Positions 25,324-39,018 of a stretch of 64,000 bases of DNA are shown piece after piece. The position numbers and the translations under genes are program-made. Numbering within the stretch: the stretch's first letter is position 1; every line of letters begins with the position of its first letter. Source of the stretch: Phoronis australis (Eukaryota > Animalia > Phoronida); NCBI GenBank assembly GCA_002633005.1, contig NMRA01000055.1:1-64000 (forward strand), given 5' to 3'. The notes beneath the pieces are model-generated. The model had not been told where the DNA came from, did not search any database, and saw only the letters and a program-made list of their open reading frames with translations.

Positions 25324-26195
25324 CAGTGGCGGATCTACGTTTTCAGTAAGGGGGGGTTTAAGATTCCCGCAATGGTCGAATCCGAGGCGCGTGGCACCGA
25401 GCGAGGGGGGAGGTCGTGTAAACCCCCTCCCGCGTGTAAGACAACTTTTTATTTTTATAGCCAAACAGTGAAATTTCCATGCATCCTGGTACGTTTCTGG
25501 CACTTAACATGTTCTTGGAGTTTTTCTTAAGACTTAAAAACCCTTCTCGATTTCGTCACATGAACTTGGCTCATAAGTTTCGTGAAACCATATTTGTGCA
25601 CACCTCAGTGGGTGATCGGATGAGTCACGCCACCAGCAAAAATTTTTGTTGGAACATCGGCTTACACATACCTTTTTAGCATACGAAAAAGTGTGGTGTG
25701 CATCTTCAAACAGACTCGCGATCAGACCACGGCGCCCGCCACAATAGCAATTCTTCGGAAAACGAGTTTTTTTTCAAATGTATTACATGAACATGTACAC
25801 TGTATTGCGCAAGACAACTTTACTATACACCAGTTACAGTGTCGACGGAAGCGCGCGCACAATTGATCTCCGGGGTTTTGCCGATGAGTCACGAAGACTC
25901 GAAATGCGTTGATTTTCATAACAGCAATTCACAATGCAAAAAATGTATTTTCAGAGTGAACTCCCCCCCCCTCATTTTTTCCAAGTTGGATTTACTTGGG
26001 GTTTACACACGCTGGCGGTGCCGTTTTTGTTTTGTTGGNNNNNNNNNNNNNNNNNNNNNNNNNNNNNNNNNNNNNNNNNNNNNNNNNNNNNNNNNNNNNN
26101 NNNNNNNNNNNNNNNNNNNNNNNNNNNNNNNNNNNNNNNNNNNGCCCGAGGGGGGGTTTAAACCCCCTGAACCCCCCCCCGTAGATCCGCCACTG
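25324..26195. mobile_element. Non-autonomous TIR element (hAT-like CAGTGGCGGATCTACG ends)
   Basis: Perfect 16-bp TIRs CAGTGGCGGATCTACG / CGTAGATCCGCCACTG; flanks GGAGGCA / GGAGGAC; contains a gap. Confidence 0.75.
26039..26143. other. Assembly gap
   Basis: Run of N. Confidence 1.
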
Positions 26196-27369
26196 GGAGG
26201 ACCATGAACAAGGGAAAGACCGTTACCCCTTGGTAATTAACCGAAGCAACACAGGGGGCGCTGGTTCGAGATTTACTAAATTTTATCACTAGATAGCGCT
26301 AATTCGAAGTGGTCGTCAAACACAGAATCAGTGTTGACTCGCCCAAGTACGAAACTGGTTTTAGGCCCGGTTTTGAAGTGAGTATTCCAATTGATTTTGA
26401 TTCACGCTTCTTATCGGTTAATGTATTTGATACAACTGAACTATTTTCTTGAATGTCGTTGTTTTGGGTCTTCAATCGTTTGTACCTGTTAAGCATTGGT
26501 TACTGTAACCAGCCGCCCTCGGTCATTGTTGGCAAACTGTCGACGCCCGACAAAACATAGCACTTAGTTAGACTCAGCTCTGTCTCGGCGGGTTCAAATG
26601 GACCTTACGTCAGCAAATACAACTCGATTTACAAATAACATTTATTATGTTACTATTATTATACATTCTAGGTATTTAATTTTCAATTTTCATGTACGTC
26701 ACTAGTTACAAGTTGAACGGACTGTGCTACTTAGACAGTTATCACCGTCTCTAGCTGTAGACCCATACATAGAGACGGTGGGTCTCCTATGAGCTTCATA
26801 CACCGAAATCTTCTCAGCAAATTATGTCTCACTCTGACTAAAACATCAAAGTCACGTTGTTGAACCCAGTGATGATAAGAAAATGATTAAACACACTTTC
26901 ACATGTTTTGGTAAGGTAATGTTTAGCTAACTTACTATTTTTGTCCCACTTGATTTCAGACATCAAATACCAAGAAATACTCAGACTTGAAACCAGAGTA
27001 GGGCAAAATTTGATCGCGCCTTATTGCATGCTGTATATTTGTTTGCACGGGAAGTTCTCTCTTGAGTTGATGGAATGCTTCTTATAGACATTCTATTCAT
27101 TGTTTATTGTTTAAAGAGCATTGAATTATAACCGAAACAGTCCAATCTCTGTGGAGTGAAAAAATCAAGCATTAAGTGAGTAAATCTATCAGGGAACTAA
27201 CCTCGCTCTAGACTTTTAAAGGTACGAGCCAAAATGGCTATTTAAAGCATCTGAAAACGTTAAGCCATTCTAAAAAATTATTAGCCAAATACTTTCTCTT
27301 TTCCCAACCCCTGCGGCACAGTTACACGGACCAAACTTTTTAGTTGTCATGTTATGCACTAGAGGTGGG

Positions 27370-27585
27370 AGGCCAGGCCTAGCTTGATTGGTACCCGCTT
27401 TCATTACTTGAAGTTGTGGGTTTGAGTCTCGCTGGGCCACACTGCTAGACCCTTGAGTCGGGTTTCTAGCTCATAAGCTTAGTTTTAACTATATATTAAT
27501 AAAGCACAAAAATGGTTCCAGGTGATCAGTGCAATGGGCTCACATGCGCGGCCTGCGCACGTCAGACCGCCTGCAATTATTGTTT
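27370..27585 (+). mobile_element. tRNA-derived SINE copy
   Basis: Degenerate A/B-box head, body shared with 28688-28932 and 40327-40452 (GGTTCCAGGTGATC...CAGACCGCCTGCAATTATT). Confidence 0.65.
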
Positions 27586-27739
27586 ATATGCGCAGGTCCT
27601 TTTCATAAATGTACAATAAGAAAAGACGTAAATGTCTTCAGAAAAAAAAACAAATAATCAACATTCCAAAGTCATGTAGCAACCTAATAAGTAGGAGGGG
27701 ATGTCAGCCAACCTGGTTTTATTATTTGGGCAGGGTTCT

Positions 27740-27985
27740 CCGGTTCTCCCTATACCCGAGTTAATGCGTGGGTTATTATAACGCCGGCCACATGGGCATT
27801 AAAATGATGTTGACCTTAAAAAAATTGGGCAGGAGTTCCCCCCTATCCCCAGATTATGGCGGGGGTAGGCCGGCCACATGACCACTTCACAGATGTTGGC
27901 CTAACCTAAAAAAATTGAGAAGACATTCCACCTATCCCTGGGTTACAATGGGGGTACGCCGGCCAGTGTGGGCATTTTGATGAGC
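27740..27985 (+). repeat. Degenerate ~90-bp tandem repeat (3 units)
   Basis: Recurrent CCTAT..C...GGG....GCCGGCCA...GATGTTG.CCT.AAAAAAATTG. Confidence 0.6.
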
Positions 27986-28687
27986 AAGACATTTAGTTCC
28001 AAAAATGTTAACATAACTTGTGACTTGCAAAATAAAACTGAATCAAAGTAAGAATGTCATTTGCGGCGCGAATTGATTCGAGCTGACCGTGAGTTGACAC
28101 ACGAGTAGCTTTCCTCGAAATTTATTTTTATTGGCAAGTTGGCGATTGCCGCTACCGCTCAGAATTTGCCAGTGGCAAGCCAATCAACTAGGGCGAGCCT
28201 AGGGGAATTGTAAAACAAAAAGGCGAATGTCGGTATTAAAATCTATTATTTATACTATTTTATCATAAGGACCCGGAATTTCAAAGCCTGTTTTAATTGA
28301 TGTACATGTATATAACACACTGTTGCCAGGACACTGCATTCTTAGAAATTGTACATGCATGTAATGCACTGTTGCCTTCACTGCACTTTTCCCAGTGTGA
28401 CAATTTACGAGCCATTTGCTGTTACTGTTACGTCAATCATTAAGTTTCACTCAGTGTTTGCAGTCCCCCTTTTGATCTGCTGGCTGAAAAGTGATATTTG
28501 CATGAGTGCAATGTTTTGATCATCAGGTTGGTGGTTTGTCTTCAAATTCACCAACAGATTCTTACAAAAACACTCCTGAAGGTGATGTTACTGCAGGTTA
28601 ATAGCCAGAATTCTAATAAGATCAACACGTCCCTTTTGTGAAAAATTTAATGCTTTTGTTTGTCATAAGATAGCTGATCCCGTTGAG

Positions 28688-28932
28688 GAGGCAGTGTGTC
28701 CTAGTGGGATAAGTATCCACTCCATTTACTCAAGGTCGCAAGATCAAATCCCTCTCAGAGGCACACTGTTAGACTTTTGAGTCAAATCTCTAGGTCCTCT
28801 GAGCTTGGTTTTAACTCATAAAGCATACCGGTAATGGTTCCAGGTGATCTGTGCAATAGGCCCACCTCGAGCGGCCTCAGCCCCTCAGGCACGTCTGCTA
28901 CATTGTATACCAGACCACCTGCAATTATTTTT
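28688..28932 (+). mobile_element. tRNA-derived SINE copy
   Basis: GGCAGTGTGTCCTAGTGG A-box-like and GATCAAATCCC B-box-like motifs; same 3' body as 27370 copy. Confidence 0.65.
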
Positions 28933-29162
28933 TGATCCCCTCTTTGTGAATGTTCTTTTAAAGCAGTTGTTTTTCAACTGCAATCTGATGGTAGATTGAC
29001 ATTTGAATACTGTCTGGGTAGTTAGCTGAATTCCTAGAAGAACAACAATTACTGTATCTCATGACTGGAGTGCTAAACTAAAACAGCATTTTCAATCATC
29101 TGTCTTGGAACAAAAACATTCTTTTGTGCACAGAGATTGTTTAAAGTTTTGAGCAAGCTTAA

Positions 29163-29780
29163 GGTTATATAGGGCCTTATGGACAAGTGTGTTTATTTTG
29201 TCAAATATGTAGAATTTAATGGTCAAAATATGGATTTTCTACAAGCAGTAGAATGTGATTTAACTTCACACAAATATCTCATTAATCGGGTCCCCTGATC
29301 ATGCCTTTTCAATAAAATTTAACAAAAAATAAAGGTATATTCATAGCAAAACGATGGTAAAGAACACGACCAAATTTCATTTGATATAAATATTCAAAAT
29401 GAACGCTGTTAGAGTTTTATCAGTTATCTTATCCTCATTTTATGTAAACATTGATTTTCAAAAAATCCTATTTTTGATAACCCCCATAAGTGTAACATTT
29501 GACTACAATTTATTCCTAACAGAGGTTTGGAAAACAGTGCATAAAGTTTAGTATTGTATCTGAAAGTTTTATATGAATCTGATTTGTCATTTCTGAGATA
29601 TGATGTTCCAAACTTTGCCAAAATTGAACTTTTTTCTTTGGTCCTACTTAACCTAAATTTCCTGTTTATATCAGGTTGTAATAAGATAATTACGGTTTGA
29701 ATGGCCTCTACACTAGCCACTTTCTGGAAAATGCAGTGTTCTCTGATTCTGTGATGTATACTAACGTATTTTCATATACA
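29163..29780 (+). mobile_element. Old TTAA-flanked non-autonomous DNA element
   Basis: TTAA|GGTTAT..GGCCTTATGGACAAG start and internal blocks match 57282-57450 plus 59151-59560. Confidence 0.55.
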
Positions 29781-32524
29781 TATATCCTCAAATCCACAAT
29801 GCTGCACCTTCTTAGTCCAGTGTGAGCCCCACCCATTTGTACACTACCATGGTACTAATCTCTGTTTGACTTTGAGATTATAGTAGATTGCCATTTGTCA
29901 TTCTGATGCCAAATCCTACTGAACATTGCACATATTAGTGAGTTGCAACTTGCAGACATCAAAAATTTTAAAAGCCAAGTGACAAATTGTTATGTCGGGA
30001 CACAAGTCAGAAATATGTTCGTGGCCCTACATTTCCGTTTCGAAAACTTCTGTATGAATCTACCGGCACAAAAGAGGATACCGGTAGTTGAATTCGGGAC
30101 GTGGGATTTGCAAATTGGTCAATATCAAACTCATTGCAGGTCAGCGTTACACTTGAGCTAATCAAACCAATGTTGTTTGTTTCACTGGAGACCATATTTT
30201 GGTGTGTGGTTTTTTGGTAATGACTCAAGCCGAGGGTGTACATGTTTGTGTAGTTGCCGTTCCTCTCTGTGGCTGGTAGTCATCCGTTTTAAATCATCAT
30301 CACCACCTCCACCTTACCATGGGCCAGGCAATGGGTCACTCATATTTATACAACTGTTCAAACAATAAGCTATTTGTAGTGTGGTGCTATTTAACATATT
30401 CAGATATATTTGGTAACTAAGGTAAGTCTACACCATTTAAATATTGACGCCTGGATACCATTTACTTGTAGTCATGGATTGTGAACCTTTGTTAACTCTT
30501 AGCTTCATATTTTATAGTTTTCAATACAGTGCAGGTATTTTCCCATCCAAACAAGGTGCTTCTGAAAATCTGTTACTCAAAAACGTGTGAATTTTGTTCA
30601 TTTTGGCTTGAGATGTATGGGTTTCACAAAGAAACAAGTGTTTTCAAGGGATTCTCAATCCTCTAAATGAAGGGTGGAAGAGAGCATTAAACTGAGCATA
30701 GACATTTAAACGTAAAAATTTGAAACTTCTGAGTTGGGCGTTAAGCCCATCATGATAATGTTAACCCAGAGGAGCATCATCTATTATTTTCAGACTCCCC
30801 AATGACTGATACTCTTAATTTATTCCGTTAATGCTGAAAAATCTTTAAAATTGTGTGACCACTATTTTTCAAAATTGTCATTAATGGACTACACTAGGTT
30901 CATGCAGCTAGTTGTTGATTGTACTTCATTCAGGTGTAGACAAGTATAAGCTACAAAATTATTCAAGTACATGTCGGATTGATTGAAATTTGGTCATTTA
31001 AATGTTTTTTTATTGATCTACAAAGAAGCTGACTGAATGCGACATACTTAAGCCAGCATTTAGTAGTTTTGAACATAGTAAATCCTGTGAATTGATATGT
31101 CTGTCTGTTGAAGCTTAAAATTGGAGTTGCCAGTTAAACTTGTCCTGCAAGGTCGCGGTATTTAATAGTGAGGTATGTTTGGTTGCATCTTCAGCATAGA
31201 TGCTTGTTATCATAACGTTGTGAAAATTCATGATGTTTTTTACCTATGAATTCAATGTGGATGAGTCTAGTTCCTTCCTTCAACTTCCGATGCCTAAAAT
31301 AGTCATACCATGTCTGTTACCTGATCCGTCTAGATGACCTAAACCCACATTACAAGCAGTCAGTAGCTAATCATTATAGTCAGTAACTAATCATCACAGA
31401 AATGGTGGTGAAGTGGGCTGCACAACTCCACAGAAGAATGTGGACTCAGAGCTGTGAAATGCCGTTTGCCATTTAAATTTGCTCTTTAATGCGCTGATTT
31501 GAATTATGTACTTGAGATAAAAAGTGGGGAGACTACAAAAAGGGTAAATGGCATGGCAGTGATATCTGACTACTCAAGTACGTGTACCCCTCTATTCTAC
31601 TTCAGATACTCAAAATACATGGAAGACTGGTGGATTTGTGTGGCTACATTACTCTGTGATATATTTTATGGACTTTATTGCATGCTTACTTGATATTTAT
31701 TTTATTGACAATTAGGTCAATATAGAATTTTTCTTTCCAACTTATGATGTCTTTAATTGAAGAATGTCCAGCATAATGAACAGTATTATTCAGTGGTGCC
31801 ATTCCCATGTATTTTCAAATTCCATTGTTTTGGGAATTACACGGAATTAGTCTCCCCTATTGACAGACAATAATGCCAAATACACGTCAGTGCATGCACC
31901 AGCACAAGTGGTTTTATGATTTAGATTATAGTCAAAATTTTAATTGAATCAACAAACCATATTCAGGTCCTGAATTAATTTTTTCCGATATTAACCCAGC
32001 ACAGTGTGGTGGAATACTGGCAAAGTCAGGCACCAATACAAGAATTTTTCCATGATAAAGTTTGCTCAAAATACCTAGTTATTTCCACCAATTTTCACAT
32101 GGGAATAACACTAATACACTGCTCAATCAAGTACTAAACTTATGTGAAACAGCCATTGACAATAACAAAGCCTTTGATGCTTATTGGTTCAATGTTGGTT
32201 AGACTGTCAATCAATGTATTATTATCTCCACCTGTAGGTTTGTAGGCTAGGGGCCAAATGTCACTCAGGGCTTGTAACTCATTTTGCTGTGTCATGCAAT
32301 GTCATGATATTTTATTTGCTTTTGTTTGAGGAGCTGTTGTCATCAATGTTTGGTCACTACTTCAGAAAATATTCTCTGTCAGTTAATTGTGTTTTCAAGA
32401 AAAAACATTGATTTGCAGTGTGTGGACCATTAAAATAAACATCTTTATTTCAATCTGACCTTAATGGATGTTTTCATTGTGAGGCTACCATCTTTTTAAA
32501 TGTAACTGCTGATTTGAGAAATTA

Positions 32525-33430
32525 AAGTGTTCTGAGGAGCAACATTTTGCAAAATCGAATGAAAGTTTAGCTGGATTAGGTCGAATACTGAACCAAATAC
32601 ACCAGCAACCACTGTAACCCGGACAGCTATTATGCCAATGAACAGTGAATGATAAGACATAAAAAATTCATTGACGAATCAGTCACTAAAAGCTCGTCAT
32701 CAGATTACAGAATCTCAAATAACTCAACAAGAACGGTAAGCCGAAGCGAGAAAACAATTTAGGATTAGCCCTTGAGGAGATCTATTTGCATACCAAATTT
32801 GAGAACATTCGGTCAAAGGTTGGCTGAGCTGGAGGTTCAAAAACGTTATTGGAAAAATCGAATGGCCGTCACAGCCCCATGTTGCATTTGATTTTGCCCA
32901 AAAAGGAGAGTATATCAGGTATCAACTATATAAACAGTACTTAATTTTAAAATTGACCTGAAAAAAGTTTGATCTTTGGTACAAATGTGATGGGCAACTG
33001 GAATGGAACTGGAAATAAGTCGATAAAAGGACAGTCATCTCACCAGTAAATTTTGAATATTTTGAGAACGATGAGTCACAGCAAGAAATGTATGGCACAT
33101 CACAGGTAGCAAAATTGACAAGATGTACCCATAGACTGATTTTCAGAAAGATCCGTCGACATGACGGAAATACGACACGAAAATCTCATGAATTAAAAAG
33201 CAGCCTCTGGAAAATCTCAAAGAACAAGAGACTGGCAAGTCCAAGAGAAAAACAAATGGCAAAAATAGGAAAATGGCTGCCGCAGTGACATCTCACATAG
33301 ATCTGCTTTCATACAAAAACAGTTGGCTTTGAACTATTCACAAGGCACCTCATGTGTAAATTTCATGTTGATTGGATAAGAAATGTGACCAGTGTAGTTG
33401 TGAACAAAGAAACAAACAAAAAGTAAACAA
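32525..33430 (-). mobile_element. Diverged HINE family A copy
   Basis: TTCTGAGGAGCAACATTTTGCAAAAT resembles 722-752; ATCTCAAATAACTC..AACGGTAAG and TGTAAATTTCATG...GGA..AGAAAT.GAC resemble 1129-1310 and 1775-1810. Confidence 0.55.
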
Positions 33431-33819
33431 ATGAAAAATAGATTTCATGTAAAAGCAACAGAAATGAAACTCCAAGTAAGAAAATGAAAATGCACGCTTC
33501 TTTTACTTAATACCGTCTATTCTTTAGCTCATGGTCTTAAAATTAAGAATTTCCTAATGAAAACTTGTTGATAACTTTTTTGTTCTTTGGATGGACCAGT
33601 CTGCTCAAATTGTTGCTTAAACACCTTTATCAGTTTCTAAAATTCTTATAAGATATCATCACTGCCATTTCGTGTTAGATGACCTGATGAGGGAACCTTT
33701 TGTGCTCTGGTGCAAGCATTATGGCCTCCATAGCATAATACGGTATGTACAAGCTTGTTGACTGGGAGTCAGTAGTCTAGCATTTGGAAACAATCCGGTA
33801 TATTTAACCTATACTGAAT

Positions 33820-34100
33820 TGAATGTTAATGCGGCCAATTTCTCTGTTATAGGACTACCAGTCCAGACTGATGTATGTGATCTGCTAGATGCCAGATGTG
33901 TGTTTTCAAAGCTGTTATAAGTATGATTTAGTGTTAATTATACCATATACCAACTTCCTTCACAAGTGTATTTGATCTTCCATGAAGCAAGCTCATCACA
34001 TCATTCTTAACCTGTGTTCAAACTTCAAATTTGTTCCGATAGTACCAGTATTTTTCTGGATTTAAAAGAAGTATGGTGCTAAGGTCTTGCTTTCTGTAGG
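33820..34100 (+). mobile_element. Highly decayed LINE RT relic
   Basis: RPISLL (33832-33849) and IFLDLK..VW.*GL (34050-34088) motifs at RT-like spacing. Confidence 0.4.
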
Positions 34101-35105
34101 ACCAATGGAGATGTCAATGGAGTCTACTGTGAGGGGATCCCCTGTCATAGGGGATTTCGAGGCCTGACCCTCAGAATATTTGATTTTTATGTCATTTTAT
34201 GTGTATCGTATTCTAGAGGCCTGGTTGAGAAATGTTAAAAGCTTGGGAGAGTCCATGCAGACATTATTTGAAAGCTTCAGTGAAACCAAGAAGCTGAGGA
34301 CCATCTGTGGTGCAGCCCTCCAACTATGCAGCTTATGTAGTGGTTCTTTGAGGGCAACATAGTGTTGCCAAGACTGAGTGCTGTATCTGTCATTATCCTT
34401 TGCATTGTTATTCATTGATAATGTGTGATTGCTTAACGAAGTGGATTTGCATCACAATGTTTGCATTACGTCTTGAAGTGTGTCATACAGATTATCTCAA
34501 ACGTTATACACTAAAAATTCTGTTTTTGCAATATTTCACATATGTCTTACAAAATACCCTATCTTCATTCTCAGGAAATTTTAAGTATGAAATATGTAAC
34601 ATGTAGCAAGAAAAAAAGATTTTGCAATGCCACCTCCAATCATGTTTTTAAACATACTTAAAATCCAAGTTCCAAAGGTTGCACTGAGAACAGTCATTCA
34701 TAGCCCTGCAGTCTCCCGCCAAGCATGTGCACTCCCGTGTGTACCCACAATTCACAATCCTTTATTCACTGAGTCACCATAATATTGAGGCAACGAGATT
34801 TATAAAGCATAAAAAGAAGACTCGAAAAACGAAGACAAAACATAGTTTTTGATCCTGAGGAACTTGTGTATCTTTGTAAATATGACAGTTCATACCTTGT
34901 GATGAATGCACTGATCCATCTCCGCTCAGCATTTGGCACATTGTTTTTGCAAACACAGAGGAGTTGTAAAAACAGATAAATCTACTCATTCATTTCATCG
35001 GTAATCTGACGTTCCTCTGTTTTGATCTCATGCTCATATTGCACTTTAACCAAAGATACTCGATTTCTATTCTCCATTTGATGACTGGCTTAGACTCGAC
35101 ATTCA

Positions 35106-35451
35106 CATGTTGTATACCACAATGCCCTGTTGACCTACTCATGTTGTATACCACAATGCCCTGTTGACCTACTCATGTTGTATACCACAATGCCCTGTTG
35201 GCCTACTCATGTTGTATACCTCAATGTCCTGTTGACCTACTCATGTTGTATACCTCAATGTCCTGTTGACCTACTCATGTTGTATACCACAATGCCCTGT
35301 TGACTTTCTCATGTTGTATACCACAATGCCCTGTTGACCTACTCATGTTGTATACCACAATGCCCTGTTGACCTACTCATGTTGTATACCTCAATGCCCT
35401 GTTGACCTACTCATGTTGTATACCACAATGTCCTGTTGACCTACTCATGTT
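35106..35451 (+). repeat. 34-bp minisatellite, ~10 copies
   Basis: CATGTTGTATACCACAATGCCCTGTTGACCTACT tandem. Confidence 0.95.
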
Positions 35452-35525
35452 AACTCCTACTCTGATCTAGTTCTACTCCAGGCATTGAAAGTCGACCTAA
35501 AACAATACGTTTCAGTGAATTAATG

Positions 35526-36366
35526 TAGATTATTGCATGGCGAAGTCGTTATCCCCCGTTATATAGAGCCCGAGTGGACTTTGGAGAATTATCGCCAAAT
35601 TCTCCAAAGTCCATACATAAGGGGGATGACGACTAAGAACATGTAATAATCTATTTATACCACATACTGAACAAGAAACATTGCAATGAATCGATCTACC
35701 TTTCTCGACTCGCCTTGGCTTTGTAACTACTTTCTATGTCAGAGGCCCGGGGTCGGAGGTCGTGACCTTTTAAGAAAAGCCGAGCTATTTTTATCGAATA
35801 ATGCTTATACTCAAAAGCAATTGAAAATTTAAACAAAATAGAAATAAAGTGAATCTATAAATTAAGGTTTAGCAACTATTATATATAGCTTACTACACAT
35901 TTTATCATGCTAAGCTTCGACCGGGAAAATATCGTCTGCCAAAGTAGGTTACCACTAGTAACTGACTATAATGCTCAAGTCAAAGGATCCCGACGACACG
36001 ATACCCGCATTCAAATTGGAGATTGGTGAGTTACAAGTGAGAGAACACGAGAGAAAAATTTCACTGAATCAAAATATTGTTTTTATGAAAATTATGCATC
36101 TTATTTTTCATAGTGTATAAATGTCGGTGCAATGCCCTTTGCTGAACATGCGATTGTTGCGCATGCTCATTTAAGTATTCTATTTTCACGTTGGATGACG
36201 TCAGCCACTGAGTGGTGTAGTGGTAAAGTCGGCAACTCGAAACTCTCGAGGCCCGGGTTCGAATCCGGCCTCGGTTTCCCGCCAAAATGTTATCTCACTA
36301 GTGAGATAACTTTATGGGTTATTACACGGTTGCATCTGCCATTCGAGGCTAATATTGTGGTATAAA
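35526..36366. mobile_element. Non-autonomous element with a long terminal hairpin and an internal tRNA-like segment
   Basis: 128-bp imperfect palindrome 35526-35653 (core TGGACTTTGGAGAATT-ATCGCCA-AATTCTCCAAAGTCCA); TTTATACCACA (35654) inverted to TGTGGTATAAA (36356); tRNA-like 36204-36277. Confidence 0.6.
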
Positions 36367-36896
36367 GTTTATTACGCTCTGCATATTTAGTCGGCATTAG
36401 TGAGTGTTGAAGTATAGGTTATATTGACCAAAACCATGTTTTCTGCTGATAATCAATAGAAAACCTTCAGATTTTGATGACTGGTGATGTTTTTGGCTTT
36501 TTCTCAGCTTCAACAAATCGACTTAAAGTTGAACTTAGGAACACGAGTTCTCACTACAAATGATTAACCGATAATTCCTATTTGTTTTGAGGTGAATTGT
36601 GAAGTTTTCATTTAAAAATGGTTTCATTAAAATCAACCGGGGGGGGGGGGNGGGGGCCAATGCTATGAATGTACCTTTTTGAAGAATGAAATTTTGACTT
36701 AAAATGGTGGCAGTGTAATAATAATAATACCACATAAATATAAAAATATTAATTTTAAAAACACCTGGTCTTTTTTTCAGAAACATTACACTTTTACTAG
36801 TTGACATATTAACCTGTTTTTTGATGTGTGAGTTAGAATGTAAGTCACTAAATAAAGTTTCAGATAACCTTATCACGTCTGATCATTTTCAGGAAG

Positions 36897-37092
36897 ATGT
36901 TGCCTGCAGTCACCATTGTGCTGTTGTCCTTGGTAGTCTCCATTGTTGATGGCACATCGCGTGGAGCTGTTGACCCAGATGCCTGTGAGGATATGCTTCC
37001 TAAGCATGGCACCAACCTGCCTCAAACTGGACAGTCGCCTTATACAATAGAAACTGACAAGTCAACCTACACCTCTGGGTCCAAGATCACTG
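36897..37092 (+). CDS. FRRS1: Ferric-chelate reductase 1, coding exon 1 (signal peptide, Reeler start)
   Basis: TTTTCAG acceptor at 36891-92; MLPAVTIVLLSLVVSIVDG...ACEDMLPKHG...SPYTI; donor GTGAGT at 37093, phase 1. Confidence 0.92.
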
Positions 37093-38595
37093 GTGAGTTG
37101 GAGTCACAGGCATGTTCAGGGGTCGTGCGCTCTTTTGAACTTTTTAAATCACTTCACAAAGTATTTAATTTTAATAAAATTACATACTGTAAAATTTCTC
37201 CCATTGGGACACTGAAAAATTGAAAAATTGCTCAAAGTCATAGCTTGTCCCAAGTTCTAGAAATGGAAAGACAGCATATGTACCCATTCTGTAGATTAAA
37301 CGCATATGGTCCAAAATTTGAGAAATATAGTGAATGCCAAAATCACCCTGTTACAGAATAAAGAGAATTCAATATTTGCAGGAGTTTTGCTGTCTCAAAT
37401 TGGAGAACTTTTTCACCCTAACTTGTTTAGAAATGTAGTTTGAATTACCCACATGAAGCTCACGCGAGTGGAAAGTTGCCTAATGCCTTCAGAGAGGGAA
37501 ATTTTTTTGGCAGGAAAATTTTCCTGGTCACAACCAATTCCAACCCGAGTCGCCAACCTGCATCAGCAATGCTTCAGATACTAGCCAAGTTTGATGTTTC
37601 GTAGAAGTGATGGTAACCTTGAGGGGAATTTTTGGACTTGATGATGGGAACTTTGTGTGATTTTCAAACATTTTTCATAGATTGAGTTGAAAGGTAATTT
37701 CAGTTCTGTGGCTAGAATTTAGTGCTTGCAACATGCACAATGAACACTTCAGTGTGATGATTGAGATGGAGACCAGTTACTGGTCTCACTTGTTCTTCAC
37801 TTACAATATATTGAGACGCTGTTGTAACTAATTTGTAATGGTCTTTGAACTCTTGGGAACTCTTTCAAACTGTTTTAATCTTTTGATGACTTATTTATGT
37901 TGACATCGTGTCGCTTTATCCATGTCATAAAGTTATGGGTCTCCATGAAATCTGATGTTGGCGAAGTATCCACTTGTGTCCTTTTCGGGTTTCATCTATG
38001 ATTAAATTGTAATCTTGTCGTTACTTTACATCGGAATTCCACTTTATTCTAATAGGGCTCCCCTCTCATGCACTTTGTAGGCCACTTAATTGCTCTTTAG
38101 AGCAGTGTTCGTTTGCACACACACATACATCTGTAGAAACGCACCTTTCATCAAAACCAAATCTTTTTTGATTTAAAGACCCTGTACGCCTATGATACTT
38201 ATTACCATGTTGTTCCTTCCATACTTACGCACATCTAGTTGTAAACAAACTGATACAATCAGGGGAAAATGATAGGATATTTACTAACACCCTGTTAAGT
38301 TGTATGTGAATGTTTTTCGAGTCGTGAAAATGAATATTTATGAATAGCTGACTTTCGAAATAGGTGTGCCATATTGAAATTCACTAACATTCCTGATGGC
38401 GATCAGGTCTTTGGTGGACAAGCATTCAACACCACCTACAGATGCAGACTGGAATTTTCAACCTGCTGTACCTGTTAAAGGACATTCCAACAATTTATAA
38501 TGCTGCCTAATTTCCACTGCTGTGCAGTGGGTTGTATTAAATGTCTTACAAAAAAGTCAAACGACCACTTTTAAAATATCAATGGATGAAAAAGA

Positions 38596-39018
38596 ATATC
38601 ATGTTGCACACATTTTCCTGTGCAAAGAACATCATGTTGCACACATTTTCCTGTGCAAAGAACATCATATTGCACACATTTTCCTGTGCAAAGAACATCA
38701 TGTTGCACACATTTTATTGTGCAAAGAACATCATGTTGCACACATTTTCTTGTGCAAAGAACATGTTGCACACATTTTCCTGTGCAAAGAACATCATATT
38801 GCACACATTATCCTGTGCAAAGAACATCATGCTGCACACATTTTCCTGTGCAAAGAACATCATGTTGCACACATTTTCCTGTGCAAAGAACATCATGTTG
38901 CACACATTTTCCTGTGCAAAGAACATAATGTTGCACACATTTTCCTGTGCAAAGAACATCATGTTGCACACATTTTCCTGTGCAAAGAACATCATGTTGC
39001 ACACATTTTCCTGTGCAA
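38596..39018 (+). repeat. 33-bp minisatellite, ~13 copies
   Basis: CATCATGTTGCACACATTTTCCTGTGCAAAGAA tandem; intronic. Confidence 0.95.

Noticed and set aside
36204-36277. Functional tRNA gene
   Set aside because: A and B boxes are present, but the acceptor and T stems pair poorly and it sits inside a repeat; treated as tRNA-derived.
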